Virus record (IMG/VR): IMGVR_UViG_3300049136_000115
Coordinates: 1-51,606 of that record
Length of the DNA: 51,606 nucleotides
Reading direction: 5' to 3' (one strand)
Source: a virus
Taxonomy: Duplodnaviria; Caudoviricetes
Shown here piece after piece: positions 9,464-18,702 of this stretch. Both the position numbers and the translations under genes were made by a program. The notes under the pieces were generated by a model, which was not told the DNA's origin, made no database searches, and saw only the letters and a list, made by a program, of their open reading frames with translations. Numbering within the stretch: the stretch's first letter is position 1; every line of letters starts with the position of its first letter.

Positions 9464-10939
9464 TCAGCCGCCGAAGTCGTAGATCGCGACGTCCAGGAGG
9501 CTGCCGGGGGTGAAGGCGTCGGCGAGGTCCTGGAGGGTGGAGAAGTTGTCGGCCAAGTCCTGAAGGGTGAACCCTGCGGCCTCCAGGACGTCGGGCCAGG
9601 CTTCGACCTTGACGACGTCCAGGTTCCAGAAGCGGATCTCGTCGAACCAGCGGGGCTCTTCACCGTCGGTGGGAATGGCGTAGTGCCCGTCCAGGCGCGG
9701 CGTCACGGTCGCCCGGCGGATGAGGACGATGCCCTCGGTGGCTTCGTCCAGGACCTCGTTGAGGGCGTCCCCCGCCTCATCGGTGAGGGTGCGCACGGTC
9801 AGCTGCCCCGACTCCTTCGAGCGGCGGCGGCTCACGACGACGTTGCGTCCGCCGACGTTGAAGGTGGTGGCGTCGCGGCTGCGCTGCTTCTCCGGGTAGG
9901 CCTGCAACGTGACGGCCGCTCCGAGGCCGCGCACCGCGTCAGAGATGACGTCGGAGCCGACGGTGGTGGTGACCGGCGCGGACGACACCAGCGACTCGTC
10001 TCCGAGGCTGTCGACCAGGCGGGCCGTGTACGTGACAGGCACCCCGAACGGCTGCTCGCCGTCGACGCGCACGAGGGCGTCCTGCCCAGTGACATCGACA
10101 GCGGTGGAGCCGCGCAGCTCCTGGAGCTGTCCGCCGACGCTGCGGTAGACCGTGGCGCTGGCCACGTCCCCGGCCAGCATCTCCGTCACCGCGATCAGGG
10201 TGCGGGGCGGGAACACGTTCTGCGGGGTCGCGGTGACGACGCCCTTGGGGACGTTCTCCCGCAGCCGCAGCACCCCGGCGACACCGGTGTGGGCGCCGCC
10301 CAGCGTCGCGGTGACGGTCGGCTGCTGCGCCCCGCTTCCCGTGGACACCGTGCTGGTGGCCGCCGACAGGCGGGCGGTGTTGCCCGCGGTGATGGCGTCA
10401 TCCGCGCGTTCCGTCGCCGCGGCGAACGTCAGGCCAGGCGCGGTGACGGCCTGCGCGGACATGCCCGCCGCACTCGACCGCATGCCGTAGCCGAGCACCA
10501 CGAAGTCCCCCGGCCGCCACGTCACCGCGTCCTGCCCGGCCGCAGAGAACGCCGTGCCCGCCGACGTGTCGTCACCGGACGACGACGCCCACAGCCAGCC
10601 CGTTCCGGCGCTGCGGGACAGCGTGAAGATCCGCCCGCCGATGAGGGAACCCGTCGCGACCGGGATGCTCACGGTCGGCGCCGAGTCGGCCCCGGTCAAC
10701 TCCCGCACGAACCACGTCAGCCGGCGGGGCCCGCTACCGGAGCCGAAGGTGTCGCCACCGCCGGACAGAGTGCCCGCACGGGTCCAGCCCGCCGGCGTGG
10801 ACGGCGTCATCTCGTCGGGGTGCCCGGACACCACCAGGAGCACGGCGAGCTCCGCGGCGGCGGCCCCGCCCGGCAGCGCGGGGGTGATCGTGTTGGCATG
10901 CTGCGCGAGGGCCCCGGCCGCGACGAAGGAGATACCCAT
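9464..10939 (-). CDS. Minor tail (distal tail-like) protein with N-terminal extra domain
   Basis: ATG overlaps tape-measure stop; directly follows TMP. Confidence 0.78.
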   Translation of the reverse strand: MGISFVAAGALAQHANTITPALPGGAAAAELAVLLVVSGHPDEMTPSTPAGWTRAGTLSGGGDTFGSGSGPRRLTWFVRELTGADSAPTVSIPVATGSLIGGRIFTLSRSAGTGWLWASSSGDDTSAGTAFSAAGQDAVTWRPGDFVVLGYGMRSSAAGMSAQAVTAPGLTFAAATERADDAITAGNTARLSAATSTVSTGSGAQQPTVTATLGGAHTGVAGVLRLRENVPKGVVTATPQNVFPPRTLIAVTEMLAGDVASATVYRSVGGQLQELRGSTAVDVTGQDALVRVDGEQPFGVPVTYTARLVDSLGDESLVSSAPVTTTVGSDVISDAVRGLGAAVTLQAYPEKQRSRDATTFNVGGRNVVVSRRRSKESGQLTVRTLTDEAGDALNEVLDEATEGIVLIRRATVTPRLDGHYAIPTDGEEPRWFDEIRFWNLDVVKVEAWPDVLEAAGFTLQDLADNFSTLQDLADAFTPGSLLDVAIYDFGG

Positions 10940-13900
10940 CAGCCGTGCCGCCTCCCGACCTTCTGCCGGTACGCGGCCTCGTCCTGCGCCTTGCGGATCT
11001 TCGGTTCGACGGTCACGCGGATCAGGTCCTTCAGCGTGGGGTCGTCGAAGTGCACGTGGACGTCCACGGCACCACCCGCCCCGCCTTCCGCAAGGGTGCG
11101 GAGCGTGTCCCACTGGGGCGGGGTGAAGACGGCGGCGGGCTCGCTGATGCCCATGCCGTTGTAGGTCAGGGACAGGCCCGGCGGGAGCATGCCGCCGTTG
11201 TCGTAGCCGCCCGGCCGCGTCATCACGTTGATCCAGTTCTGGCCGTAGCGGTTCATCGCGTAGTTGATGCCGGCGTAGATGTTGGCGAGCGGGTCGTAGA
11301 TACCCCGCCCTTTGAACGGGCCGGCGTACGCATTGAACGTGGACCCGATGGTCTGCATGAGGCCGCGAGACGGGTCGCCGTTCTTCGCGTTGATGTCCCA
11401 CAGGTTGATGGCCCTGGGGTTGCCGCCCGACTCCATCTGGATGCGTTTCAGCACCGGCCCGAGCGCGGACGCCGGCGCGCCGAGCATGGCCAGCACCTGG
11501 GACACGAGCGGCGCCCACTGCTGCACTCCCTTGCCGCCGCCCCCGCCGCCGAACAGGCCGGAGAAGATCCCGCCCAGCTTCGAGCCGAGACTGCCGAGCG
11601 CCCGAAGTGCCTTGCCGGGCAGGCTCGTGATGGACACCAGGCCCTTGGACACGATCGACCCCAGCGCGGACGGCATGTCCCCGAAGATCTTCTTCGCGAT
11701 CTGGGTGCCGTTGCTGGTGGCGAGGCCCTTCACGAGACCGCCCACGAGGTGCTTGCCGATCCACGCGAACACGGTGCTGGGGCTGCGGATGCCGAAGTGC
11801 CGCTTCACCGCACCGACAATCGGATCGATCAGGTTCCTCTTGATCCACGAACCGATGCCCTTGACGGCGCCGACGATGCCGGACTTCAGGCCGGAGATGA
11901 GCTGCCTGCCGCGCGTCGTCAGCCACGTCCCGGCGCGGGTGAACCGCGACGTGACCGGGCTGATGACGTTCCGGTTCGTCCACGAGCCGACGCCGCGAGC
12001 GCCGTTGACAATGCCGTTCTTCAAGCCGGTCACGGTCTGCCGTCCCCGCGAAAGAAGCCAGGACCCGGCGTTGGTGAAGCGTGAGGTGACCGGCTGGACG
12101 ATGGTGCGCGTCGCCCAGGCGCCGATACCCCGCACCCCGTTGATGACGCCGTTCTTCAGGCCGCTCACGGTCTGCCGTCCCCGCGTCAGCAGCCACGACC
12201 CGGCGTTCACGAACCGCGACGTGACGGGCTGAACGATCGTGCGCGTCGCCCACCCGCCGATGCCGCGCACCCCGTTCACGATGCCGTTCTTCAAGCCGAC
12301 GACGGTGTCCCGGCCCCGGGTCAGGAGCCACGAACCGGCGTTCTTGAAGGCGTCGATGGCGGGCCGGCCGACGCGGTTCATCACCCACGAGCCGAAGCCG
12401 CGCGCCGCGTTGCTGATGCCGCGGCCCAGGCCCCGCACGAGCGCGACACCGTGATCCCACAGCCAGCGTCCCGCGCCGGCGAACCGGCGCACGATCGCCT
12501 CGATGACGCGGACCGTGAACCTGCCCAGGCCTTCCGCGCCGCGGATCAGCCCGGGGCCGATGCCGCGGACCAGTCGGATGGCGGCCTCACCGAGCCGTCC
12601 CGCGTAGGCGACGATGGCCAGCGAGAAACGGCCCGCCCAGTCGCCGATCGCGCGTGCCGCCCCCGGGAAGATGCGGCCCAGGCCTTGCAGGATGCCGCGC
12701 CCGAATCCGGCGAGCAGCTTGCCCGCCCAGCCGACCAGCCACTTCGAGAACCGCGTGAAGATCCCGAAGCCCCAGGACAGCAGCCTGCCCAGAAACGGGA
12801 TCTTCGCGAGGGCCTGCCCGATCGCCCCGACCCACTTGGCGGGCAGGAACGCCAGGAACAGGATCGACAGGAGGACTTCCTGCCAGTGGTCCGCGAGACC
12901 CTTCAGCATCCCCGCGATGTCGAAGTTGATCAGGCCGACGACGAAGCCGACGAGCAGCGACGGCACGAACTTGCCGATCGCGATGCCGAGCCCCACCCAG
13001 TCGATCTTGGCGAGGATGCTGCCGAAGGCGATCGTGAGCTTCGCCGCCATCTCCCCGGCGTTCTGCATGGCGTTGGCGAGGCCACTGCCGATGCTGCTGC
13101 CGACCTCGCCCCAGTTGATGCCGCGGATGCCGCCGGTGACGGCGTCACGGATCTGCTGGCCGATCTGCGCCGCGCTCGACTTCGGCAGCAGCTGCGGCGC
13201 CTGGTCGACGCGCGGCATCGACACGTCGACCGTGCCTTGGCCCCTCAGCCCGGCGAAGAAGTCGCTGATCGTCTCCTTGGCGTCGCTGAACCCCCGCTTG
13301 ATCTTCTCGATGGGGACCATGTCACCGACGACGCGGGTGAAGCCTGCGACCGCGGGGATCGCGGTGTTCCCGAAGAAGTTGACCAGGTTCTGTTCGACCG
13401 TGCGCTTGAAGACTTCGATCTCGTGGCGCGGCCCCGAGTGAATGGTCTTGCCCATCTTCGCCGCGGCGCCCTCAACCCTGCCGAGGGTGTCGACGGCCTT
13501 GGACGGGTCCATCGCGAACAGCGCCTCGCCCAGGTCCTCAGCCTGGGTTCCGAACAGGGCGACCGCGGCCTGGCTGCGCTTGACCGGGTCCTCGATGCCA
13601 CGCAGCCGGTCCAGGGTGAGATCCAGGACCCCGTTGGCCGCCGCCCCGCCCTCCGCGAACTTGCGGGCCATCTCGTCGGCGTTGAGGCCCAGCATCTTGA
13701 AGCCGTCGGCCGTGAGCGTGCTGCCGTCAACGGCCCGGATGCTGAACTCCTTGATCGCATCAGCGGCGATGTCGGAGTCGCGGGCACCGGCGCGGATGGC
13801 CTGCGAGAGCAGGCCCATCGCCTCGGCACCGTCCAGGCCTGCCTTGCGGAACTGCGTGCCGTACTCGTTGACCGTGTCGAGCAGGTCGTCGGCCTTGTTG

Positions 13901-14433
13901 GCGCCGGTCTGGAAACCGCGGGTGAGGACGTCGAACGCCTCGGTGGAGTCCTTGACCAGGCCAGTGCGGATCATCTGCGCCGCGGCGTTGGTGACGCGCG
14001 GCATGTCCTGCCCGAAGACGTTGGCAAGGTCCAGCGCCTTCTTGGAAATCGACTCCAGCTGCTTGTTGGTGGCATCCGGCGGCACCAGCCCGGACTGCGC
14101 CGCCGTCTTGATGGCGTCGGCGGCCTGCTGGAAGCTGTCGGCGATGCCGTGGCTGTAGAGCGAGCCCGCGATCTCGCCCTGCCGCTTCGCGACGGCGTCG
14201 GTGGTGCCGAGCTGCGCCTGGAGCTTCGACTTGATGTCGAGCTGGTCGAATGCGGCGGTGAAGGACTCCGAGACCAAGGCGCCGAGCCCGGCGAAGCTGA
14301 CGCCGATCGCTGCCGCGGCGGCGGCCATCCTCGCGTTGAGCTGCCCGGCGGCCTGCCCCACTTGGTCGAACACAGGGGACGCCTGGTCCCGGGCGAACAG
14401 CGTGAACCCGAAGCGCTGCGTGGGGGTGGACAT
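10939..14433 (-). CDS. Tape measure protein with C-terminal lytic transglycosylase (SLT) domain
   Basis: 1164 aa; DLLDTVNEYG, DAIKEFSIR, ALFGTQAEDLG; ESGGNPRAINLWDINAKNGDPSRGLMQTI. Confidence 0.95.
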   Translation of the reverse strand: MSTPTQRFGFTLFARDQASPVFDQVGQAAGQLNARMAAAAAAIGVSFAGLGALVSESFTAAFDQLDIKSKLQAQLGTTDAVAKRQGEIAGSLYSHGIADSFQQAADAIKTAAQSGLVPPDATNKQLESISKKALDLANVFGQDMPRVTNAAAQMIRTGLVKDSTEAFDVLTRGFQTGANKADDLLDTVNEYGTQFRKAGLDGAEAMGLLSQAIRAGARDSDIAADAIKEFSIRAVDGSTLTADGFKMLGLNADEMARKFAEGGAAANGVLDLTLDRLRGIEDPVKRSQAAVALFGTQAEDLGEALFAMDPSKAVDTLGRVEGAAAKMGKTIHSGPRHEIEVFKRTVEQNLVNFFGNTAIPAVAGFTRVVGDMVPIEKIKRGFSDAKETISDFFAGLRGQGTVDVSMPRVDQAPQLLPKSSAAQIGQQIRDAVTGGIRGINWGEVGSSIGSGLANAMQNAGEMAAKLTIAFGSILAKIDWVGLGIAIGKFVPSLLVGFVVGLINFDIAGMLKGLADHWQEVLLSILFLAFLPAKWVGAIGQALAKIPFLGRLLSWGFGIFTRFSKWLVGWAGKLLAGFGRGILQGLGRIFPGAARAIGDWAGRFSLAIVAYAGRLGEAAIRLVRGIGPGLIRGAEGLGRFTVRVIEAIVRRFAGAGRWLWDHGVALVRGLGRGISNAARGFGSWVMNRVGRPAIDAFKNAGSWLLTRGRDTVVGLKNGIVNGVRGIGGWATRTIVQPVTSRFVNAGSWLLTRGRQTVSGLKNGVINGVRGIGAWATRTIVQPVTSRFTNAGSWLLSRGRQTVTGLKNGIVNGARGVGSWTNRNVISPVTSRFTRAGTWLTTRGRQLISGLKSGIVGAVKGIGSWIKRNLIDPIVGAVKRHFGIRSPSTVFAWIGKHLVGGLVKGLATSNGTQIAKKIFGDMPSALGSIVSKGLVSITSLPGKALRALGSLGSKLGGIFSGLFGGGGGGKGVQQWAPLVSQVLAMLGAPASALGPVLKRIQMESGGNPRAINLWDINAKNGDPSRGLMQTIGSTFNAYAGPFKGRGIYDPLANIYAGINYAMNRYGQNWINVMTRPGGYDNGGMLPPGLSLTYNGMGISEPAAVFTPPQWDTLRTLAEGGAGGAVDVHVHFDDPTLKDLIRVTVEPKIRKAQDEAAYRQKVGRRHG
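11810..12490 (-). repeat. About five 135-bp (45-aa) tandem repeats within TMP
   Basis: FxNAGSWLLTRGRQTVxGLKNGxxNGxRGIGxWATRTIVQPVTSR units spaced 135 bp; limits approximate. Confidence 0.85.
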
Positions 14434-14436
14434 GGG

Positions 14437-14697
14437 TCACCCCCTGCGCTGCGCGGCTTCCTCTGCCTTGACGGCCTGGTCGATCGAGTTGCAGAAGTCG
14501 AAGAACACGGACGCGGGCAGCTCCCACGCCGCGTGGTAGGTCAGTCCGAAGTGCCTCCAGAGACGGGCGGCGTAGTGGCGGACCATGCCGTCGATTCCGC
14601 CGTACTCGGGGCCCCATTCGGGATCGTCATCGCCGTCGGCACCGGCCCCGGCACCGGCATAGGCCTCGGGGCCGGGGGCGGGTCCGCCGGTTTTCCC
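14437..14697 (-). CDS. Tail assembly chaperone G-T extension via -1 programmed frameshift
   Basis: GGGAAAA at 14697-14691; -1 frame open to TGA 14437-14439 just before TMP ATG (TGGPAPG...RHYAARLWRHFGLTYHAAWELPASVFFDFCNSID...RRG). Confidence 0.85.
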   Translation of the reverse strand, partial: GKTGGPAPGPEAYAGAGAGADGDDDPEWGPEYGGIDGMVRHYAARLWRHFGLTYHAAWELPASVFFDFCNSIDQAVKAEEAAQRRG

Positions 14698-15017
14698 ACC
14701 GGCCCGCCGGCGGCCTGGGCTGCCGCCTGCTTCACCTTGGCGGCCTGCTCCTCTTCGGCGTCCGGCTTCATGTCGAACCCGTCGAAGTCCAAGTCAATTT
14801 CGTCAAACGGGATGATGATGTTCTGCCTGCGGTGCAGCAGGTCCAGCAGGGCGGCCATCGCGTCGGGGTCGCCGTCGTTCAGGGCCGGCTCCAGGGTGCG
14901 GGCCGTCAGCCCGGTGAGGCGCTTGATGCGCCGCAGCTCCAGCAGCGTGGGCTCGCTCATCACCCAGTGGTGGGCGGTGCCGTTGCAGTTCCGGCAGGCC
15001 ACGATCGTGACGATCAC
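14541..15017 (-). CDS. Tail assembly chaperone (G)
   Basis: Between tail genes and TMP; contains slippery GGGAAAA. Confidence 0.8.
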   Translation of the reverse strand: MIVTIVACRNCNGTAHHWVMSEPTLLELRRIKRLTGLTARTLEPALNDGDPDAMAALLDLLHRRQNIIIPFDEIDLDFDGFDMKPDAEEEQAAKVKQAAAQAAGGPVGKPADPPPAPRPMPVPGPVPTAMTIPNGAPSTAESTAWSATTPPVSGGTSD

Positions 15018-15033
15018 AGGGGGTTCTCCTTGC

Positions 15034-15543
15034 TCAGTTCAGGCGCCGTTCGACGTCCTTCAGCGCCTGACGCACCGCGCCGTTCAGGCGCGGCATGTGG
15101 GGCTTGATGGTGTCCCACCACCAGTTGGCGGGCGCGTACTGGTTGACCCAGCGGCGCTTGTTCCCGAAGACGGGGTGCCTCAGGCGGCCTTCATTCAGCT
15201 GCACGACCACGCCCTTGGTGATGTCTTCGGGCAGCCGCTTGGCGTCCAGCCAGATCTTCGCGCCGGACCCGCTGGTCACCGACAGGCGGATCGCTTGCGC
15301 GATCGAGGCGCGCAGCGGCCTGGCGGTCGGCGACGGGCCGCCCCGGGACCGACCGGCCGGACTCCGGATCGGCAGCGTGCGCGCCCGCTGCTGGAGGTCG
15401 CGGTGGATCGGGCGTGCGGCCCGCCGGATTCGCTCGTTGACCGCCTTCTTCAGATCCCCCCGGCCGGCCTGTCGCAGGCGGCGCTGGAGTGTGCTCAGGT
15501 CTCTCGTGTTCGCGATCCAGAAGTCCCGTTGGCGCGTCGCCAT
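15034..15543 (-). CDS. Basic neck/tail-completion (HK97 gp10-like) protein
   Basis: Arg-rich; LRHPVFGNKRRWVNQ..WWWDT motif. Confidence 0.65.
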   Translation of the reverse strand: MATRQRDFWIANTRDLSTLQRRLRQAGRGDLKKAVNERIRRAARPIHRDLQQRARTLPIRSPAGRSRGGPSPTARPLRASIAQAIRLSVTSGSGAKIWLDAKRLPEDITKGVVVQLNEGRLRHPVFGNKRRWVNQYAPANWWWDTIKPHMPRLNGAVRQALKDVERRLN

Positions 15544-15546
15544 GTC

Positions 15547-16029
15547 TCAGGCCGGGATCGCGGCGTTCTCGGCGGGCTCGCTGGTGACGGCGAACTGCAC
15601 CTGCACCTGGGCGGCGTCCTCCATCGCCCGCAGCTTCACCTGCGAGGTGACCCGCACGGGGAACACGTCCATCTTGCGGCCCGCGGTGTCGCCTTCGTCC
15701 ATCCACACCACGAACCCGTCGGTGCCGCGGGTGAGGAGGTCTCGCACGTCGGTGCCGGTACGAGATGCGTACAGGGTGAGGCTGGAGTCGTCCGCCGAGA
15801 TCGCCCCGTCGATCTTCGAGTTGAACTTCGAGCCGAGCGTGGGGGTGTCGACGGTCGCCGACACGATCTGCCAGCCGTCGACCGCGCCGACCTCCACCGA
15901 CAGCTCCGTGCCGGCGTTCAGCTCGGCACGCGTGGGGGCTGCCTTGTTCGCGATCGTCGGCACCCAGCTGACCTTGGTCAGGCCGCGCCGGTAGTACCGG
16001 ACCGACGCAGCGATCGGAGTCGCGGGCAT
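15547..16029 (-). CDS. Major tail (tube) protein
   Basis: WVPTIANKAAPTRAELNAGTEL...MDVFPVRV...FAVTSEP. Confidence 0.88.
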   Translation of the reverse strand: MPATPIAASVRYYRRGLTKVSWVPTIANKAAPTRAELNAGTELSVEVGAVDGWQIVSATVDTPTLGSKFNSKIDGAISADDSSLTLYASRTGTDVRDLLTRGTDGFVVWMDEGDTAGRKMDVFPVRVTSQVKLRAMEDAAQVQVQFAVTSEPAENAAIPA

Positions 16030-16032
16030 GGG

Positions 16033-16242
16033 TCACTCTCCTTCAGGGGTGCGCCGGCGCTTGCGAGCGGGCAGCGGGTTGAGGGGGGCGGTGTCGGCCT
16101 CGAGGTCGTCGGCCGGTGCCGGTTCGGGAGTGTCGACGACGACCCACCCGGCGGAACGGTGGTGCGGCACTGCGGACGGGGCGACGCGGATCGTCTGGTC
16201 GTCGGGCAGGTCGGGGTGCCGCATGCGGACGGTGTCGCTCAT
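16033..16242 (-). CDS. Hypothetical protein (69 aa)
   Basis: Coupled start; MRHPDLP...SAGWV. Confidence 0.7.
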   Translation of the reverse strand: MSDTVRMRHPDLPDDQTIRVAPSAVPHHRSAGWVVVDTPEPAPADDLEADTAPLNPLPARKRRRTPEGE

Positions 16243-16583
16243 GACGGCAGCCCCCGGAACACGGCCACGGTCACGGAGGTAGCCGCGCTGTAGGTGATGC
16301 CGCAGCGGCCGGTGGCCGGGTTGCGGTACCGGTCGGTGATCGGGATTGTCACCTCGCTGCCGGCCGGGACCGCGACGGCCCGGTCCTGCACAGTGAGGTC
16401 GCCGTCGACGGTTTCGGGCGTGGCCAGGGTGACCGTGATCGATGCGCCGCTGCCGTTCTTCACGGCGAGTTCGACGCCGGCGCCTGTGGCGCAGTCGTCG
16501 CCGGCGCCGGCAGTGGCGGCCACGAACTTGTCGTCTCGTCGCAGCCCCGTCAGCGGGATCACGTTGGTGGTGAGCGCAGCCAT
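16239..16583 (-). CDS. Virion structural protein
   Basis: AGGAG RBS; VKNGSGASITVTL beta-rich. Confidence 0.75.
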   Translation of the reverse strand: MAALTTNVIPLTGLRRDDKFVAATAGAGDDCATGAGVELAVKNGSGASITVTLATPETVDGDLTVQDRAVAVPAGSEVTIPITDRYRNPATGRCGITYSAATSVTVAVFRGLPS

Positions 16584-16640
16584 GGCTCTCCTGTTCTGGG
16601 TGGACGGCGGCTCAGGGCGCCGGGAAGGGGCGGGGCGGGG

Positions 16641-17090
16641 CTACGTGAAGGACTCGGCGCCGACGGTGAGCACGAGCCGGGTCTGGAGGCCGTCGGTGGT
16701 CTGCGGCTGGTAGAGAGTGCTGCCGCCGATCGCGGCCTGCATGCCGGGCAAGCCGAGGCTGGGGTCGGCGGCCAGGACACGGCGGATGACACCGGCGATC
16801 TCGTAGATGCGGCGCCGGGCGGCCTGCACGTTGCCGTCGCCGCGCCGCACCAGCAGCGTCACCGGCAGCTCGATGCGTTCCGCCCGCGAGGTGCCCAGCG
16901 CCGCCCACTGCTCCTCGGTGCTGGCGGCGTGGAACTCGCCCTCGGGGTCGCCGTCGTAGCCGATCAAGACCCACTCGTCGCGCCGGTCCTCGGTGACCAC
17001 GGGGCCGTCGTTGACGCCGACTCCGGACAGGTCGTCGTCGGTGGCGAGCCGCGCCGTCAGCGCGTCGATCAGGTCCGGTGCTCGGGACAT
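16641..17090 (-). CDS. Tail terminator-like protein
   Basis: Start overlaps adaptor stop; VNDGP...LAADPSLG motif. Confidence 0.7.
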   Translation of the reverse strand: MSRAPDLIDALTARLATDDDLSGVGVNDGPVVTEDRRDEWVLIGYDGDPEGEFHAASTEEQWAALGTSRAERIELPVTLLVRRGDGNVQAARRRIYEIAGVIRRVLAADPSLGLPGMQAAIGGSTLYQPQTTDGLQTRLVLTVGAESFT

Positions 17091-17917
17091 CAGGCCAGTC
17101 CCGGGGGCAGCCGGTCGGGTTCCAGCAGCTGGAGCGCGCGGTTGGGGATGGCGTAGCCGATGCCCGCGACGGGCTCGGTGACGGAGTAGTCGTCGGCCCC
17201 GGCGATGACCGGTCCGCGCAGGGCGCCGCGCTGGGTGCGCCACAGGTGCTGGAGGATGATCCGCCCCGCCTGCGTGATGTTCGCGGCGACGTGGGCGCGG
17301 CCGACGGTGTAGGTGATGCGCAGCGGCCCGTACAGCAGACCGCCGTCCTTGCGCTGCACGATGCCCGTCTCGCCGTCCAGGTCCAGGCTGGCCGGGTCGT
17401 ACGAGGTGCCCGAGTTGAGGACCGGCACCAGCGACACGAGCGTGAGCGCCGGGATCTGCCGCAGCACCCGCATGGCCGCGCAGCCGAAGGTGTGCCGTTC
17501 GGTCACGGTGCGGCGGGCGACCGGACCGACGAAGTGCTCCACCACCATGGTGGTCGCCGCGGACCAGTCCCGGATCTCCTCATCGTCGCCGGTGGAGTCG
17601 GCGGGGATGTTCAGGTGCTTCTTCGCGTCCGCCTGCGAGAACAGGAACCCCGGGTCGGCCGGACGCACGTGCAGGACGTCCGTGTAGACGGAGGCAGGGC
17701 TGGTGAACTGCCAGTGCACGACGTGCCGGCCGGGCTGCGTCGTCACGTAGTCGACGCTGTACTTGCCGGTCTGCGCAGGCGGGTTGCTGACGGCCGGGGA
17801 CGTGGTGGTGCCGTCGGGCAGGGTGACGGTGAGCGTGACCGATCCGGCGTTCACCAGGGTGCCGCCCGCGTCCGTGCAGCTGGCGGCCAGGCGTACCGCG
17901 TCCCCGAGATCGATCAC
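17090..17917 (-). CDS. Head-to-tail adaptor with N-terminal Ig-like domain
   Basis: ADAKKHLNI...ITYTVGR...IILQHLW...IPNRALQLL. Confidence 0.8.
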   Translation of the reverse strand: MIDLGDAVRLAASCTDAGGTLVNAGSVTLTVTLPDGTTTSPAVSNPPAQTGKYSVDYVTTQPGRHVVHWQFTSPASVYTDVLHVRPADPGFLFSQADAKKHLNIPADSTGDDEEIRDWSAATTMVVEHFVGPVARRTVTERHTFGCAAMRVLRQIPALTLVSLVPVLNSGTSYDPASLDLDGETGIVQRKDGGLLYGPLRITYTVGRAHVAANITQAGRIILQHLWRTQRGALRGPVIAGADDYSVTEPVAGIGYAIPNRALQLLEPDRLPPGLA

Positions 17918-17931
17918 GACTCAGCCCCTGT

Positions 17932-18345
17932 TCAGGTGTGGCTGACCGGGCCGCGGCGGGGCTCACCGAGCAGCACGACGGCGCCGAGCGTGCCGCCGCC
18001 GGTCGCGCCTGCGGTGGTCACGGAGACGCGCAGGTAGCGGCGGACACCGATGTAGCCGATGACGAACAGCTTGTCGTCGTCGGCGACACCGATGGCGGGC
18101 TCGGTGCCCTGGAGGAACGCGTCCGCGACGGCGGTGAACGTGGTGCCGTCGTCGGAGTCCTGCACCTCGATGGTGTGCGTGCCGTCGGTGATGGTGCCGG
18201 TGTGGACGACCACCATGGCGGTGCGGTGCATGTTGCCGCCGACGTTGCGGTCGACGGCAGTGCCGTTGACCGTGGCGTTCGCTGTGCGCGACGCGATCGC
18301 CAGCGACGCACGCGGGGTGACGTTGGTGTAGACGCTGCGCCTCAC
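17932..18345 (-). CDS. Virion protein (capsid-adjacent)
   Basis: EVQDSDDG..FT, GYIGVRRYLRV. Confidence 0.75.
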   Translation of the reverse strand: MRRSVYTNVTPRASLAIASRTANATVNGTAVDRNVGGNMHRTAMVVVHTGTITDGTHTIEVQDSDDGTTFTAVADAFLQGTEPAIGVADDDKLFVIGYIGVRRYLRVSVTTAGATGGGTLGAVVLLGEPRRGPVSHT

Positions 18346-18644
18346 GGCTTGCTCCCCTCCTGGCTGCTCTTGCTCTTGGAAGCCGTGGTGCGGCGAGTCG
18401 TCGGCTGCTTCGTCAGCGACCGCTTCTCGCCCGGCGTAGCGCTCGCCTGCTCGACCGCTGCCCGGCCGCGCGGGGCCGCACGGCGCGCACGCCGTTTGGC
18501 CATGTAGTCCTCAACGGTCTCGAACGCGGTCGGCCGCGCCTGGAAGACGTCCTCGCTGTCGTCGACGAGGTCTCCGACGGCGATGCTGACCCGGGCCCCG
18601 TTGATGCGGGCCACGAATGCCTCGTGGCACCTGTAAGTAGCCAT
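18342..18644 (-). CDS. Hypothetical protein
   Basis: GAGG RBS; VEQASATPGEKR motif seen after actinophage capsid genes. Confidence 0.75.
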   Translation of the reverse strand: MATYRCHEAFVARINGARVSIAVGDLVDDSEDVFQARPTAFETVEDYMAKRRARRAAPRGRAAVEQASATPGEKRSLTKQPTTRRTTASKSKSSQEGSKP

Positions 18645-18664
18645 GCGTGATTCACCTCTCGGGG

Positions 18665-18695
18665 GACGGGAGCCCGCTCGTGGCGGGCTCCCGTC
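18665..18695. terminator. 13-bp hairpin after major capsid gene
   Basis: GACGGGAGCCCGC-TCGTG-GCGGGCTCCCGTC. Confidence 0.7.
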
Positions 18696-18702
18696 AGTTG
18701 GG

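Noticed and set aside
12451-16293. 1280-aa plus-strand ORF and many other long antisense or alternate-frame ORFs
   Set aside because: Shadow ORFs of high-GC genes; Arg/Pro/Ala-rich, no motifs, and they overlap well-supported phage genes
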